From a virus, in the IMG/VR virus record IMGVR_UViG_3300008050_000097: DNA of 43,501 nucleotides; one strand, written 5' to 3'. The notes under the pieces were generated by a model that saw nothing but the letters and a program-made list of their open reading frames with translations, did not search any database and was not told the DNA's origin. A program made the translations under genes and the position numbers. This document shows, piece by piece, positions 33,394-42,203 of the stretch; position 1 is the first letter of the stretch, and every line of letters starts with the position of its first letter.

Positions 33394-33623
33394 GAAACCT
33401 AAAAGCCTGCTCAAGTCAGCTTTTTATTTAGCACGCCGCCAACACGATTAGTCATTCACCAGTTGCTTTACAGTCTTCAATTTTGATGACTTGACCCGTT
33501 GTCTGGAACCAGAAACCTGTTCTGTCCACACATTTACTGGCCAATTTGGAGAAGCAATTCTTTGCCCCAATCCAAGGTCATAAATGACGCCGCGCTGATC
33601 TTCAGTTTTGGTCGTAAATCTCT

Positions 33624-33947
33624 TCACTCTCTGAGAAACTCAAGCTTGGCAGCCAAATAATCATCCTGGGACAATTGCTTCATCCAATAAGGGGCAATTG
33701 CGCCAGGGTCAGCATGGCGATCAACAGGCGAAACAAACCAGACCTGATGAACGTTGTCATGAAATTCGACCGTCGCGTCTTGCATGGCCAGAATTTCACC
33801 AGGAGATGAAACCTCAGTTCCGACAACATCCCTGGCTGCTCGAACTGCAGCGGAGATAGCAATATCATCTCCTTCTGCTAGAAAAATACGAACGTTTACG
33901 GTATCTTCCATGTCACAGTTCAACAATACCATAGAGGTGAAAGACAA
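33624..33947 (-). CDS. hypothetical protein
   Basis: 107-aa ORF. Confidence 0.4.
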   Translation of the reverse strand: MSFTSMVLLNCDMEDTVNVRIFLAEGDDIAISAAVRAARDVVGTEVSSPGEILAMQDATVEFHDNVHQVWFVSPVDRHADPGAIAPYWMKQLSQDDYLAAKLEFLRE

Positions 33948-33993
33948 CTACCTTGTTGAGGAGCACAAGCTCTGCGCCAAGATCGAGAAGCAT

Positions 33994-34239
33994 TTACCAA
34001 CCCCTCTTGTTCCGACGATTTGATCCACCCATTCCTAGACCAATCACACCAAGTGCGATTGCAATGATGATTCCAAAGAATGCAAGATACGTATAAAGCG
34101 TCCACTTGATTCCCCACCAAACAGCGGGCCGCGGCTCCATCTCAAGGCCAGCCCAAGCGACCAGGCTAAGGATGATAATGAGGCCGAGGCAGCCAAGGCC
34201 TCCGCCAGAAGCTGTCGCAGTACTCTTACTTTCAGACAT
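33994..34239 (-). CDS. membrane protein (2 TM)
   Basis: Start MSESK; GLGCLGLIIILSLVAWAGL and LAFFGIIIAIALGVIGLGMG helices. Confidence 0.45.
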   Translation of the reverse strand: MSESKSTATASGGGLGCLGLIIILSLVAWAGLEMEPRPAVWWGIKWTLYTYLAFFGIIIAIALGVIGLGMGGSNRRNKRGW

Positions 34240-34247
34240 GTTTTTTC

Positions 34248-34412
34248 CTAGTGGTTGTGAGGTGTGTGATCGTGACCGTGCGTGCGGTCCTGGAAGTGGT
34301 CCTTCAGCGAACACAACTTAATTCGCACCCAAGGTCCAATGAATGGTAGCATACCAAGTGCCACAAGCACTCCGGTCCATTCATTGTGACAATTGAAAAG
34401 ATGACTAAGCAT
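34248..34412 (-). CDS. small membrane protein with His-rich C-terminus
   Basis: RBS AGGAG; TM helix then HGHDHTPHNH tail. Confidence 0.35.
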   Translation of the reverse strand: MLSHLFNCHNEWTGVLVALGMLPFIGPWVRIKLCSLKDHFQDRTHGHDHTPHNH

Positions 34413-35062
34413 CAGGCTTCTCCTGCTTCTACTGTTGATGACCATAGTGCACTCAATTCAAGCCCAGTCCTGGCGTCGTCTGACAGATTGTCAATGTCAT
34501 TACTGCCGATTGCTTCCTGCATGGCTGTAACAAGCTTTGCAGTTCCTGCGGGAACAAGCCCCATTTCTTCTTGCATCTCAGTTATAGCACCGAGTGCTCG
34601 TCCACGCAGAACCGTTGTTGCAAACTTGATTGCCTCTGCGGATCCGTGCGCATTGAATTCATCCATAAGCTTTTGACGCTCGTTTGAATTTGGCAAAATG
34701 CAAATGCCACAGTCTGTTCCACAATTCCAGAAGAAAAGAAACATAACGTAATTGGCTTCAAACAGCTTATCATCGACAGGGAGATCATGGGCAGCCATCG
34801 ACTTGCGGAGCTCACTGGGATCAGCATCACCAAGGTATGCGATCAACCAGCCCATCATCATCATGCGCAGAAAGCTCACAATTTTTGCCAAACTATCTTC
34901 CAGCTCGGGGGCACTTGTAATTTTCCCAGTGACCCGGGCGCGTTCAACAACTTCTGTTGCGCCAACAAGGCGCTCCCACATCTCCCACCACTCATCACCA
35001 AGTGAAGAGATGTCAGTCTTACTTGTGAACTTAAATGTGGCGGCATCAAACTTCATAGTCAT
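34412..35062 (-). CDS. hypothetical protein
   Basis: 216-aa ORF. Confidence 0.5.
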   Translation of the reverse strand: MTMKFDAATFKFTSKTDISSLGDEWWEMWERLVGATEVVERARVTGKITSAPELEDSLAKIVSFLRMMMMGWLIAYLGDADPSELRKSMAAHDLPVDDKLFEANYVMFLFFWNCGTDCGICILPNSNERQKLMDEFNAHGSAEAIKFATTVLRGRALGAITEMQEEMGLVPAGTAKLVTAMQEAIGSNDIDNLSDDARTGLELSALWSSTVEAGEA

Positions 35063-35069
35063 TCCAATT

Positions 35070-35107
35070 GTGCACAGGGTCAGTTATATAACTGACCCTG
35101 TGCACAT
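35070..35107. repeat. 18-bp perfect palindrome / stem-loop
   Basis: TGTGCACAGGGTCAGTTATA|TAACTGACCCTGTGCACA between two - strand genes. Confidence 0.6.
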
Positions 35108-35115
35108 GCAGCAAA

Positions 35116-35952
35116 CTAGTTTTCGAAGCTGAACGTTCCGTCAGGGGCCTCGGACAGTCGGAAGTCTGCAGAGGGCGCTCCGGGCGGCTGCAAACCAAAG
35201 AGCTTCTCTGTCACGCCGTAGAACTCTTCCGCAGAGATATTGCTGTTTGCACCTCCGGGATACGTTTCATCACGCAGCGCTGTGTGAACTTCCGCGGGAA
35301 CTGTAATCCCAGTATCCGCTTCCATCCTTGCAATCACAGCATCAAGACTGTTACCAGACTCTTCGGCCACGGCCACAATTGCAGCTGCAGTTGCGTTGTA
35401 CAGCGCCGCTCCCGGCAATGCCAAGTCAATCAGGCTTGACATCATTCCGTCCTTGCTGGACCCGAAGTCAGGTCCACTGGGCGGGATACCGAGAATCCCT
35501 GCAGGGTTTGCTCCGCCGGCAGGATTTGTGCTGTCAAGCACATCATCCATTCCATCGTATGCAAAAGAAATCGCAGCGTTGAGGTCAGCAATCGCAGTTT
35601 CACGATTGAAATCACCATGGAACTTCACACGGCTTGCAATCACACTGGGCGCAGCACATGCAGTGCACCCAAAATCATCACACTTCCAGTGAAGCAAAAA
35701 CAATGCGTAGATGTTCGCAGTAGACACATCCGGAATTCCGGCGTTGAATCCAATCTCAAACACATCGCCGCTCTGCTCAACAAGTCCAATCAATAGGGTA
35801 TTAATAGCATTACGGGCATCGTCAAAAACGATGCCACTATGCTCTTCTGCAAAAGGTGTGACTGCAACAGCAAACGCTCGGCGAAGAAATTCCTCTGGAA
35901 AATCTGTGGCACCAGGCGTGAGGTTAAAGTCAACAAAATCAAAATCACTCAT
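35116..35952 (-). CDS. hypothetical protein
   Basis: 278-aa ORF. Confidence 0.5.
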   Translation of the reverse strand: MSDFDFVDFNLTPGATDFPEEFLRRAFAVAVTPFAEEHSGIVFDDARNAINTLLIGLVEQSGDVFEIGFNAGIPDVSTANIYALFLLHWKCDDFGCTACAAPSVIASRVKFHGDFNRETAIADLNAAISFAYDGMDDVLDSTNPAGGANPAGILGIPPSGPDFGSSKDGMMSSLIDLALPGAALYNATAAAIVAVAEESGNSLDAVIARMEADTGITVPAEVHTALRDETYPGGANSNISAEEFYGVTEKLFGLQPPGAPSADFRLSEAPDGTFSFEN

Positions 35953-36021
35953 GCTTCTTATTCTCTCTTCTCTGTCTGTAGTTTTGTTGCATGAAACACT
36001 TCACACAGCAATCAATTTACT

Positions 36022-36420
36022 CTACGAGCTAGCTGCCTTAAGCAGCTCTCGCCATTCTGCAACAGATTCCTCAGTCACATAAGGCTGGCTTTCATCATCG
36101 ATCAATGACTGAACAGCATCATCGAGGCCGCTCTGCAAGAGGCTAAAGACAAGCTGGCGGGCACCGTTGGCAGCTGCAGCCCGGGCAACTTCAACAGCAG
36201 AGGTGGCACTTCCAGTGACACGTTCGAGGGCATCAAAGGGAAGATATTCCATCTTCTTACCCTGCTCAATTAGCGTTTCAAGTTTCTCAACATCACCCTC
36301 ACTCTTTGCAGCGAAGATTGCTGCAACAAAGGCAATGTAATCTTCATCGCCGCGGGACAGCATCGTTCCCAAGTGCTGACGATTGACACGGCTTCCAGGG
36401 CTCCACTTGCGCTTGGCCAT
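36022..36420 (-). CDS. hypothetical protein
   Basis: 132 aa; downstream of conserved promoter motif. Confidence 0.5.
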   Translation of the reverse strand: MAKRKWSPGSRVNRQHLGTMLSRGDEDYIAFVAAIFAAKSEGDVEKLETLIEQGKKMEYLPFDALERVTGSATSAVEVARAAAANGARQLVFSLLQSGLDDAVQSLIDDESQPYVTEESVAEWRELLKAASS

Positions 36421-36448
36421 TCTAACTCCCTTACCTCAATTGGTAATT

Positions 36449-36480
36449 CTATTTTATCACAACAGCTTGGATGCGGAAAC
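36449..36480 (-). promoter_or_regulatory. conserved promoter-like motif (- strand) GTTTCCGCAT-N11-TGATAAAATAG
   Basis: Upstream of 36420 start. Confidence 0.5.
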
Positions 36481-36765
36481 TTGCTGCGTCCAGGACCTTC
36501 GGCGGTCAGCTAAAGATCACGATTAAGCTGAACAATCATCCAGACAATCGCCCATGTTGCGCCAACGATACAAAATGCATCCGCCCAACTCATAGCTTGG
36601 CAATCCGAATCTGCTCTTCTGTAATCATGCCAGCTGCAAGCATAGCTTCTACCCCTGCTTCCTGCTTGTCCTGAAGGAGTGCGCGGATAACATTCACCTG
36701 CGCATCATGATTTGCTGCCGCAAACACAACCTCAACCTCAGGCTTTTCATCTTCAGTTTTGCGAT

Positions 36766-37056
36766 TCACTTCTTCCCCTCGCCGCGCTTCTTCTTGGGCT
36801 GCCGCTCCTTCTTTGGCTTTTCCTTCGGCAACGCTGCAGCAATCTGTGCTTCAAGCCGAGCACGCTCCTTTGCACTGTTCCCTCGTCGCTTGTCCAACAA
36901 CGCCAGCTGCTGTTCAGGACTGCGCGCATCACGCTCAACCTGGCGTTCGGCAGCTGACTCTTTACGTGCCAACGCATAAGGATGTGTTGGCGTTGAATTG
37001 CGATATCCCGGCGGGTTGTTGGGATTCACTCGGCCGCTTGCAAAAGTACCCTTCAT
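36766..37056 (-). CDS. hypothetical basic protein (Lys-rich C-terminus)
   Basis: RBS GGAGAG; C-terminus PKEKPKKERQPKKKRGEGKK. Confidence 0.45.
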   Translation of the reverse strand: MKGTFASGRVNPNNPPGYRNSTPTHPYALARKESAAERQVERDARSPEQQLALLDKRRGNSAKERARLEAQIAAALPKEKPKKERQPKKKRGEGKK

Positions 37057-37105
37057 CGATCTCTCTCCAGGTTAACGTTTAAACAGGTGATTGCCTGCCT
37101 GTCTT

Positions 37106-37135
37106 TATTATACAACAACAAGTTTTATGCGGAAA
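37106..37135 (-). promoter_or_regulatory. conserved promoter-like motif (- strand) ATTTCCGCAT-N14-TATAAT
   Basis: Upstream of 37056 start. Confidence 0.45.
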
Positions 37136-37241
37136 TACTATGTGATTGTGATCTTCGCACAACGCATCAGATAATGATCACCATCATAATGCACGCCGAT
37201 GCATCCGCTCAGCGCGCAAATCAAAAAAGCTCTAAGCACTG

Positions 37242-37563
37242 TCATGACTGTCCTAGAATTGCAGCGAGGATGGCTTCACCTTCAGTGGCTCCATTATATT
37301 CTGTTCCCTGAATTGGACGTTGTTCCTCAAGGTGGATGAATACACACCACACGTTTAGTCCACAGTGTGGAGGCTCTACAGTGGCGCACCATCCCTCACC
37401 CAATTCCTCACGCGGCGCGCCCATCAGGCCCTTCTTGATCCCGAGGCTCGCGATGACCACCGACGAGTGGACCGAGGCGTCCTTGAACTCCGCCTGGACC
37501 GCATCCATCGCAGCCGAGGCAGACTCCGTGAGAGCGTCTTGGAGGTTCTCGATCAAGCGCCTC
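37242..37563 (-). CDS. hypothetical protein (paralog 2, high-GC island)
   Basis: Start MRRLIENLQDAL preceded by AAGGAGTAGCC. Confidence 0.4.
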
Positions 37564-37849
37564 ATGGCTACTCCTTGACCCACTTCCCACCGGCAAGCCT
37601 GAGTCCGATGTACCAGGCCCCGCCCCGCTCCACGTTCTTCTCGGCTTCGGCCTCAACCTTGTGCGGCTTGGCGAGGGTGTGCTTGGTCACCCGGCGAATC
37701 ACGTCAGCGGCCTGCAAGGGCCAGAACTCGTACTTCTTCTTGTTCCAGGTGAAGACCCCGGTCTCGCCCGACAGGTGGTGGGTCAGGCTGAGGGTTTCCT
37801 GGCCCTCGCAGAGGGCGGTCCCCAGGTCTTCAATCAGGTGCCTCATGGC
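37548..37849 (-). repeat. tandem duplicated RBS-start module ((G)GAGTAGCCATGAGGC) heading two paralogous small genes
   Basis: AAGGAGTAGCCATGAGGCGC at ~37560 and GGAAGTAGCCATGAGGCAC at ~37843; encoded N-termini MRRLIENLQDAL / MRHLIEDLGTAL. Confidence 0.5.
37568..37846 (-). CDS. hypothetical protein (paralog 1, high-GC island)
   Basis: Start MRHLIEDLGTAL preceded by GGAGGAAGTAGCC. Confidence 0.4.
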   Translation of the reverse strand: MRHLIEDLGTALCEGQETLSLTHHLSGETGVFTWNKKKYEFWPLQAADVIRRVTKHTLAKPHKVEAEAEKNVERGGAWYIGLRLAGGKWVKE

Positions 37850-38016
37850 TACTTCCTCCCCGGCAACAGCTCGTGGTCGGGGCAGCTCTTATCTTCAAGG
37901 TCGTAATCCATTATCAGCTTCCTCGCATTCCCTCGGCTTCACGGACAGCAACAAAGCGGTGCCACTCTTCTACGGGTACGCCAGCCGGAGGCTGAGGTTG
38001 CAGTCGCTATCCGCCG

Positions 38017-38559
38017 TCAGATTCGCTCTCCAATAAAGATCAGCTCAGTCCAAGGATGCCCGATAGCATGGCCGCGGAGGTGAGTTCGGCGCTGCATCTT
38101 GTTATGGCGATTTGTGCTAAGCACGAAATCATCTGCTCCACAGCGCGGGCACATGTAGCGCCACTTGCGCTGCTTGACCTTCTGTTGCGTTTCGCTGGTA
38201 TCGTAGTTGTGGTAGCGTGCGTTGGCACGCGTGCACCCCAGGCTTCGTGCAACTGACAACCAGAATGTGTTATGCTTGCAGCGCTTACCAGCAATGCGGT
38301 CAGCAACAAGGTGGGCAACTTCGTGCGGAATCGTTTCACCGAGAAAGTCAGCAATATTGCCGTGATACAACGCTTCGTTGATGTTAATTACCCATGTGGC
38401 TGAGTTTGCAGTTGCTGCTGTCCGACCACGCTTGGCAAAATCAACAGTAGGCGTCTCAAACGTACGCCCGTAAATCTCTTCTGCCTTGTTAAGGCATCCG
38501 CGGATTGCAGCCTTTGCACCTTCACGAAGAATATCACGCTCAACAAGACCGAGTGCCAT
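38017..38559 (-). CDS. SprT-like zinc metallopeptidase
   Basis: HEVAHLV (HExxH) plus C-terminal CPRCG zinc ribbon; start MALGL with own promoter and RBS AGGTAGG. Confidence 0.6.
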   Translation of the reverse strand: MALGLVERDILREGAKAAIRGCLNKAEEIYGRTFETPTVDFAKRGRTAATANSATWVININEALYHGNIADFLGETIPHEVAHLVADRIAGKRCKHNTFWLSVARSLGCTRANARYHNYDTSETQQKVKQRKWRYMCPRCGADDFVLSTNRHNKMQRRTHLRGHAIGHPWTELIFIGERI

Positions 38560-38583
38560 TGGGGTTCCTACCTTTCCTACCTC

Positions 38584-38612
38584 AATTATACCATCGCGGT
38601 AGTCCCGCGGAA
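38584..38612 (-). promoter_or_regulatory. conserved promoter-like motif (- strand) TTTCCGCGG-N14-TATAAT
   Basis: Upstream of SprT-like gene real start; lies inside the longer listed ORF. Confidence 0.45.
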
Positions 38613-38651
38613 ACATGCGCATCTACCGCCGAGGACTTTCGGCTAGCAGCA

Positions 38652-38954
38652 TCATTCACAACGATCGCAATCGGGGAAAATACAGCTTTCGTCATGCGCG
38701 TTGTTACTGCAGCCGTTGTACTCATCTTTGTTGTAGTCCCAAGCTTTGCAGTGTGCGCACTGGCCGCGATAGGTGAAGTGGTGTTCAGCAGGCTGCTGGG
38801 CTTCAAGCTGGCGCTTGGCCCTGGCAACTTCGCGGTCCATGTCACTCAAGGCGCGCTCATAGAACTGAGCGCCAGGCCAGCCGAGGACGACCGCGAGGAG
38901 TGTAATTCCTTCTTCCATCTTCTCAATATCAAGTGCTGTCAGCTTATCAAACAT
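38652..38954 (-). CDS. Cys-rich hypothetical protein
   Basis: Start MFDKL with RBS GGGGG; C-terminal CAHC...CxxxxxxxC...CDRC. Confidence 0.4.
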   Translation of the reverse strand: MFDKLTALDIEKMEEGITLLAVVLGWPGAQFYERALSDMDREVARAKRQLEAQQPAEHHFTYRGQCAHCKAWDYNKDEYNGCSNNAHDESCIFPDCDRCE

Positions 38955-39104
38955 ATCACCCCCAGCAGTATCTACAATTGGGATCGTCGCAGAAGTCCCA
39001 GTCCCAATCATCAAGATCGTCGAAGTAGTCTTCCTCGGGAAACCAATCTTCCTCGTCGAGCCAGCATGGACCATCGCAGATGTAACAGTAGAGCAATTTC
39101 GGCA

Positions 39105-39299
39105 TCACAGCTGATACCTGTCAGGACTGTTATAGATGTTGAGCCAATCGAGATTCTTCTGTGACGGGCAGATGAAGTCATACCACTCATCACCAACCCC
39201 GCCAACAAAGCTTGCCATTGCTTCCCACAGCGTCCACCTGCTAGACAGGGCAACAAGCTTAAAGCGATTGAAGGTGATGAGAATCAATTCGGACTGCAT
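39105..39299 (-). CDS. hypothetical protein
   Basis: 64 aa downstream of conserved promoter motif; RBS AGGAACT. Confidence 0.4.
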   Translation of the reverse strand: MQSELILITFNRFKLVALSSRWTLWEAMASFVGGVGDEWYDFICPSQKNLDWLNIYNSPDRYQL

Positions 39300-39337
39300 G
39301 TTTCAGTTCCTTGGTTGGATTTTAGGAGTTCCTACTA

Positions 39338-39369
39338 CTATTTTATCACGATGAAGTAACTGCGGAAAT
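39338..39369 (-). promoter_or_regulatory. conserved promoter-like motif (- strand) ATTTCCGCAG-N11-TGATAAAATAG
   Basis: Upstream of 39299 start. Confidence 0.5.
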
Positions 39370-39382
39370 CCCTGCCAGTTTG

Positions 39383-39763
39383 TCATCCTGCCAATCGAGG
39401 TTGGGCGCCACTGTTGTAATAGTCCTTGATAGTTTCGCTATTGGCAGCAAATGCAGTCGCAAATCCTGAAACATGCGAAAGCTTAATCGGCGCGACCTTT
39501 CCATCTTCATGCTCAACGATCTCAAGCAGCTCATCCATCCCACTGATCTCAATGACCCGTGGGTTGAAGAACATGTAGTGGATTGCTGCAGACATACTGC
39601 GCTCAAATCCGCTGCCGTGCGCAGAGCCGTACATCCTCTCCCAGCGCCTGATCTCCTCAGCTTGTGTCATGCTAATTGACACAGCAGGAACTTCTTCCTG
39701 TGTTGCGTTGATGAAGTATTGATCGTCAGACTTGAAGACTGTAATGAAAAACGGTCCCTGCAT
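39383..39763 (-). CDS. hypothetical protein
   Basis: 126 aa; RBS GAGGATAA. Confidence 0.45.
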   Translation of the reverse strand: MQGPFFITVFKSDDQYFINATQEEVPAVSISMTQAEEIRRWERMYGSAHGSGFERSMSAAIHYMFFNPRVIEISGMDELLEIVEHEDGKVAPIKLSHVSGFATAFAANSETIKDYYNSGAQPRLAG

Positions 39764-39779
39764 TTAGTTATCCTCACTA

Positions 39780-40387
39780 GAATCCGTAGAGGTTCGCGAG
39801 CAGCTCGGACAGCTGGCGGACGTTGACGGTGAGGCTGTCCACGGTGACGCTCCAGCACTCGGCCGTGGGGTCGCGGTGGGCCGCATGGCGGTGTCGGAGA
39901 GGTCGAGCCAGCCGTCTTCGCCGGGGTCCACGTCGATGCCCTCACGGGCCGAGGCTCCGGGCGCGAAGTAGGTGATGGTGGTTTCCTGCTGGCCTTGCTC
40001 CGTGACGCGGGCCGCGAGCCCTCGGGCCTCGCCGGGGGTGGAAAGCCAGCGGAGCACGCCGCCTCGGGCTTTGGAGACGGCCCACAGCTCGGTGTCCTCG
40101 ACGGTGTGCGGCTCGGACAGCTCGGCCAAGGGGGCCTTGGCGTAGGCCGAGAGCGCGAGCACGACTTCGCTGGCTCCGGCGTAGCGGGCCTCCGCGAACA
40201 GGAACGTCTCAGCGGCCTTGCGCGCAGCGGAGAGTCCGCTGTCGTTGAGGGCCAGGGCCTCGGGAGTCAGGGTGGCGACCAGGGCCTCGCGGGCCGCGTT
40301 CAGCGCAACCCCGGCGACGGTGCGGCGCTGGACGGCGAGGGAGAAGATGGCGGCGCGGTCGAGACGGGGGGAGGGGGCGGGGGGCAT
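39780..40387 (-). pseudogene. high-GC gene with apparent frameshift near 3' end
   Basis: Listed frame ends in low-complexity read-through; alternative frame ends VTVDSLTVNVRQLSELLANLYGF* at ~39780. Confidence 0.3.
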
Positions 40388-40511
40388 GGGTCAGTTCCTT
40401 AGTCCGTGCCGGGTCTGCACCGCGCGGTGCAGCTTCGGGGCGTATCGGGCGCTGAGTTCGAGGGCGCGGAGGCGGTGGTCGGTCATGGTCGTTTGCTCCG
40501 GTGCGGGTTGC

Positions 40512-40745
40512 TCAATGACGCTCAGCTTCAAGCAGGGGGAGGGGGGTGTCCATGTAGGACACGGTGTACGCGACATCGGGCGGGAGTCGGGCCATCTCCA
40601 ACGCCGCCTCGAGGCGGATCCGGTCCTGGCCGTCGTCCTTCCCGGCGACGCCTTCGTCGATTCGATGCCAGCCGACGATCACGGTAGACGGGTCATCCCC
40701 GTCTACGTAGGACAGGACACAGACACGAGAAACCGGCTTTGCCAT
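40512..40745 (-). CDS. hypothetical protein (high-GC island)
   Basis: RBS AAGGAGG; 77 aa. Confidence 0.4.
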   Translation of the reverse strand: MAKPVSRVCVLSYVDGDDPSTVIVGWHRIDEGVAGKDDGQDRIRLEAALEMARLPPDVAYTVSYMDTPLPLLEAERH

Positions 40746-40990
40746 CACTTCGCCTCCTTCGTCGTCCTCAAGGCGACTGCCTCTTCTGCGAGTTCTTCAG
40801 CAATCCAAGCATACAGTTCTGGCAATCTTGCATCTTGGTAGAAGGGATCAAGTTCTGTCGTTCTGATCTCGTCAGCGAGTTCAGGGTGTAGGCTGTGAAG
40901 TGCATTGAAGACAGCCTGGCCTTCACGCCAGCTTGGATAAGCTGCACGCCACTTCCGCAAGCGCTCGTAAAAGACTTGAAGCTTTATCAC
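40745..40990 (-). CDS. hypothetical protein
   Basis: 81-aa ORF. Confidence 0.45.
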   Translation of the reverse strand: MIKLQVFYERLRKWRAAYPSWREGQAVFNALHSLHPELADEIRTTELDPFYQDARLPELYAWIAEELAEEAVALRTTKEAK

Positions 40991-41157
40991 TTGGTGATCT
41001 GTGTATGCAGACTATTCGCGAAGCCGAAGATTGCCAGCCCAATGATGAACAAAGGCAGATCGGTACCCTCATCCATCGCACCTGACTGATGAATCACCAG
41101 GCCCGCAATCGCGGTCAGCAGAATCAGCAGCCAGTACTTTTCAAGAAACTTCTTCAT
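40987..41157 (-). CDS. small membrane protein
   Basis: Start MKKFLEKYW; two TM helices. Confidence 0.4.
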   Translation of the reverse strand: MKKFLEKYWLLILLTAIAGLVIHQSGAMDEGTDLPLFIIGLAIFGFANSLHTQITK

Positions 41158-41158
41158 T

Positions 41159-41362
41159 TCACTCTTTCTCATGTGGGCACCGCGATGACGGGCACTTATT
41201 CTTTACACGACGAGCCGCAGCACGCCACTGCAGATCCCAGCCATCTGCCCACCACACAGACAGCGGGTATTTGCCATAAGGGTTCAAGGCACGAGGCTCA
41301 GCATCAATATAAGCCTGCTGGCCCTCTGTGTGTGGTTGGTTGAATCCGCCAATGATCTTCAC
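41159..41362 (-). CDS. hypothetical protein
   Basis: 67-aa Trp-rich ORF. Confidence 0.4.
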   Translation of the reverse strand: MKIIGGFNQPHTEGQQAYIDAEPRALNPYGKYPLSVWWADGWDLQWRAAARRVKNKCPSSRCPHEKE

Positions 41363-41613
41363 AGCAGTTCATCCTTCCCACTACGCATCTCTTCTTCCCA
41401 TGCAAGACGATCTTCGAGATCGCATTCGCCACAGTGCTTATTTCGCGGGTTGATATCATGATGGCAGCACATGCAAATGTCGCTGTAGTAATCGAATGAT
41501 CCGCTGAACTCACCTCCATCGAACTGCTGGTCAGCAGTGATGTGGAGCTCGAGGTTTTCATGCTCTTTGTCTGTCAGGATGTGCTTCTCACAATTTCGAC
41601 ACTGAGTGCTCAT
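41359..41613 (-). CDS. Cys/His-rich zinc-binding protein
   Basis: Start MSTQCRNCEKH ATGA-coupled; CxxC...CMCCHH...CGEC. Confidence 0.4.
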   Translation of the reverse strand: MSTQCRNCEKHILTDKEHENLELHITADQQFDGGEFSGSFDYYSDICMCCHHDINPRNKHCGECDLEDRLAWEEEMRSGKDELL

Positions 41614-41957
41614 GCTGTGACTTCCATTCCGATGAAGGGGGCAATAACGTACATTACAAACCAAACTGTATGGCCTACGCAGACAGCAGCGTATAGCAAA
41701 CTAACTGTGCTGCTAGACCAAATGACTGTAGTCTTATACTCACTTTGCCATGCATAGAGAAACGCGAGGATTGCGACGGCAACAAGCGCAAGCTTAGCAG
41801 CCATGAAAACCAGTGGGCTAATCTCCCAGGCTGCAGCCATAATGGGATTTGTCTCAGTCATTAGCCCTGCAGTCAACCAAAAGGAGGTCATCACAGCATC
41901 GTAGACATTCATGCCTAGGAGAACGACCATCAACTTTTCAAAGGTCTTTCGGCGCAT
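41610..41957 (-). CDS. membrane protein (3-4 TM)
   Basis: Start MRRKTFEK with RBS AAGGAG. Confidence 0.45.
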   Translation of the reverse strand: MRRKTFEKLMVVLLGMNVYDAVMTSFWLTAGLMTETNPIMAAAWEISPLVFMAAKLALVAVAILAFLYAWQSEYKTTVIWSSSTVSLLYAAVCVGHTVWFVMYVIAPFIGMEVTA

Positions 41958-41967
41958 GGCTAACTCC

Positions 41968-42165
41968 TTAGATGCTGGGTGCATCCTGTCGCAGCCGCTG
42001 GCCGCTCATGTTGTAGCGCTCGCCACAGTTGCAATCATTCTGATTGAAGTGGCAGATCAGCTCAGCACCGCAGTCACAGCGGATCTTGAGGCGCTCCTGT
42101 GGGACGTTGCGATTGAACATCGTCGACCAGCGGGTGCCAACAGAAACTTTCCCAATCTTTTCCAT
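41968..42165 (-). CDS. zinc-ribbon small protein
   Basis: Start MEKIGK downstream of conserved promoter; CDCG...CNCG. Confidence 0.45.
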   Translation of the reverse strand: MEKIGKVSVGTRWSTMFNRNVPQERLKIRCDCGAELICHFNQNDCNCGERYNMSGQRLRQDAPSI

Positions 42166-42203
42166 GGTCTCAATGCTCCCTGGTTTAAAAACTCTTCCTA
42201 TAT

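Noticed and set aside
37365-38036. 223-aa + strand ORF in high-GC island
   Set aside because: Antisense to two RBS-supported - strand genes; long open frames are expected by chance in GC-rich DNA. Likewise 8210-8458, 7986-8540, 39995-40402 and 40218-40841.
38560-38622. N-terminal 21 codons of the listed SprT-like ORF
   Set aside because: Region matches the conserved promoter and RBS; a downstream ATG with the RBS is the better start.
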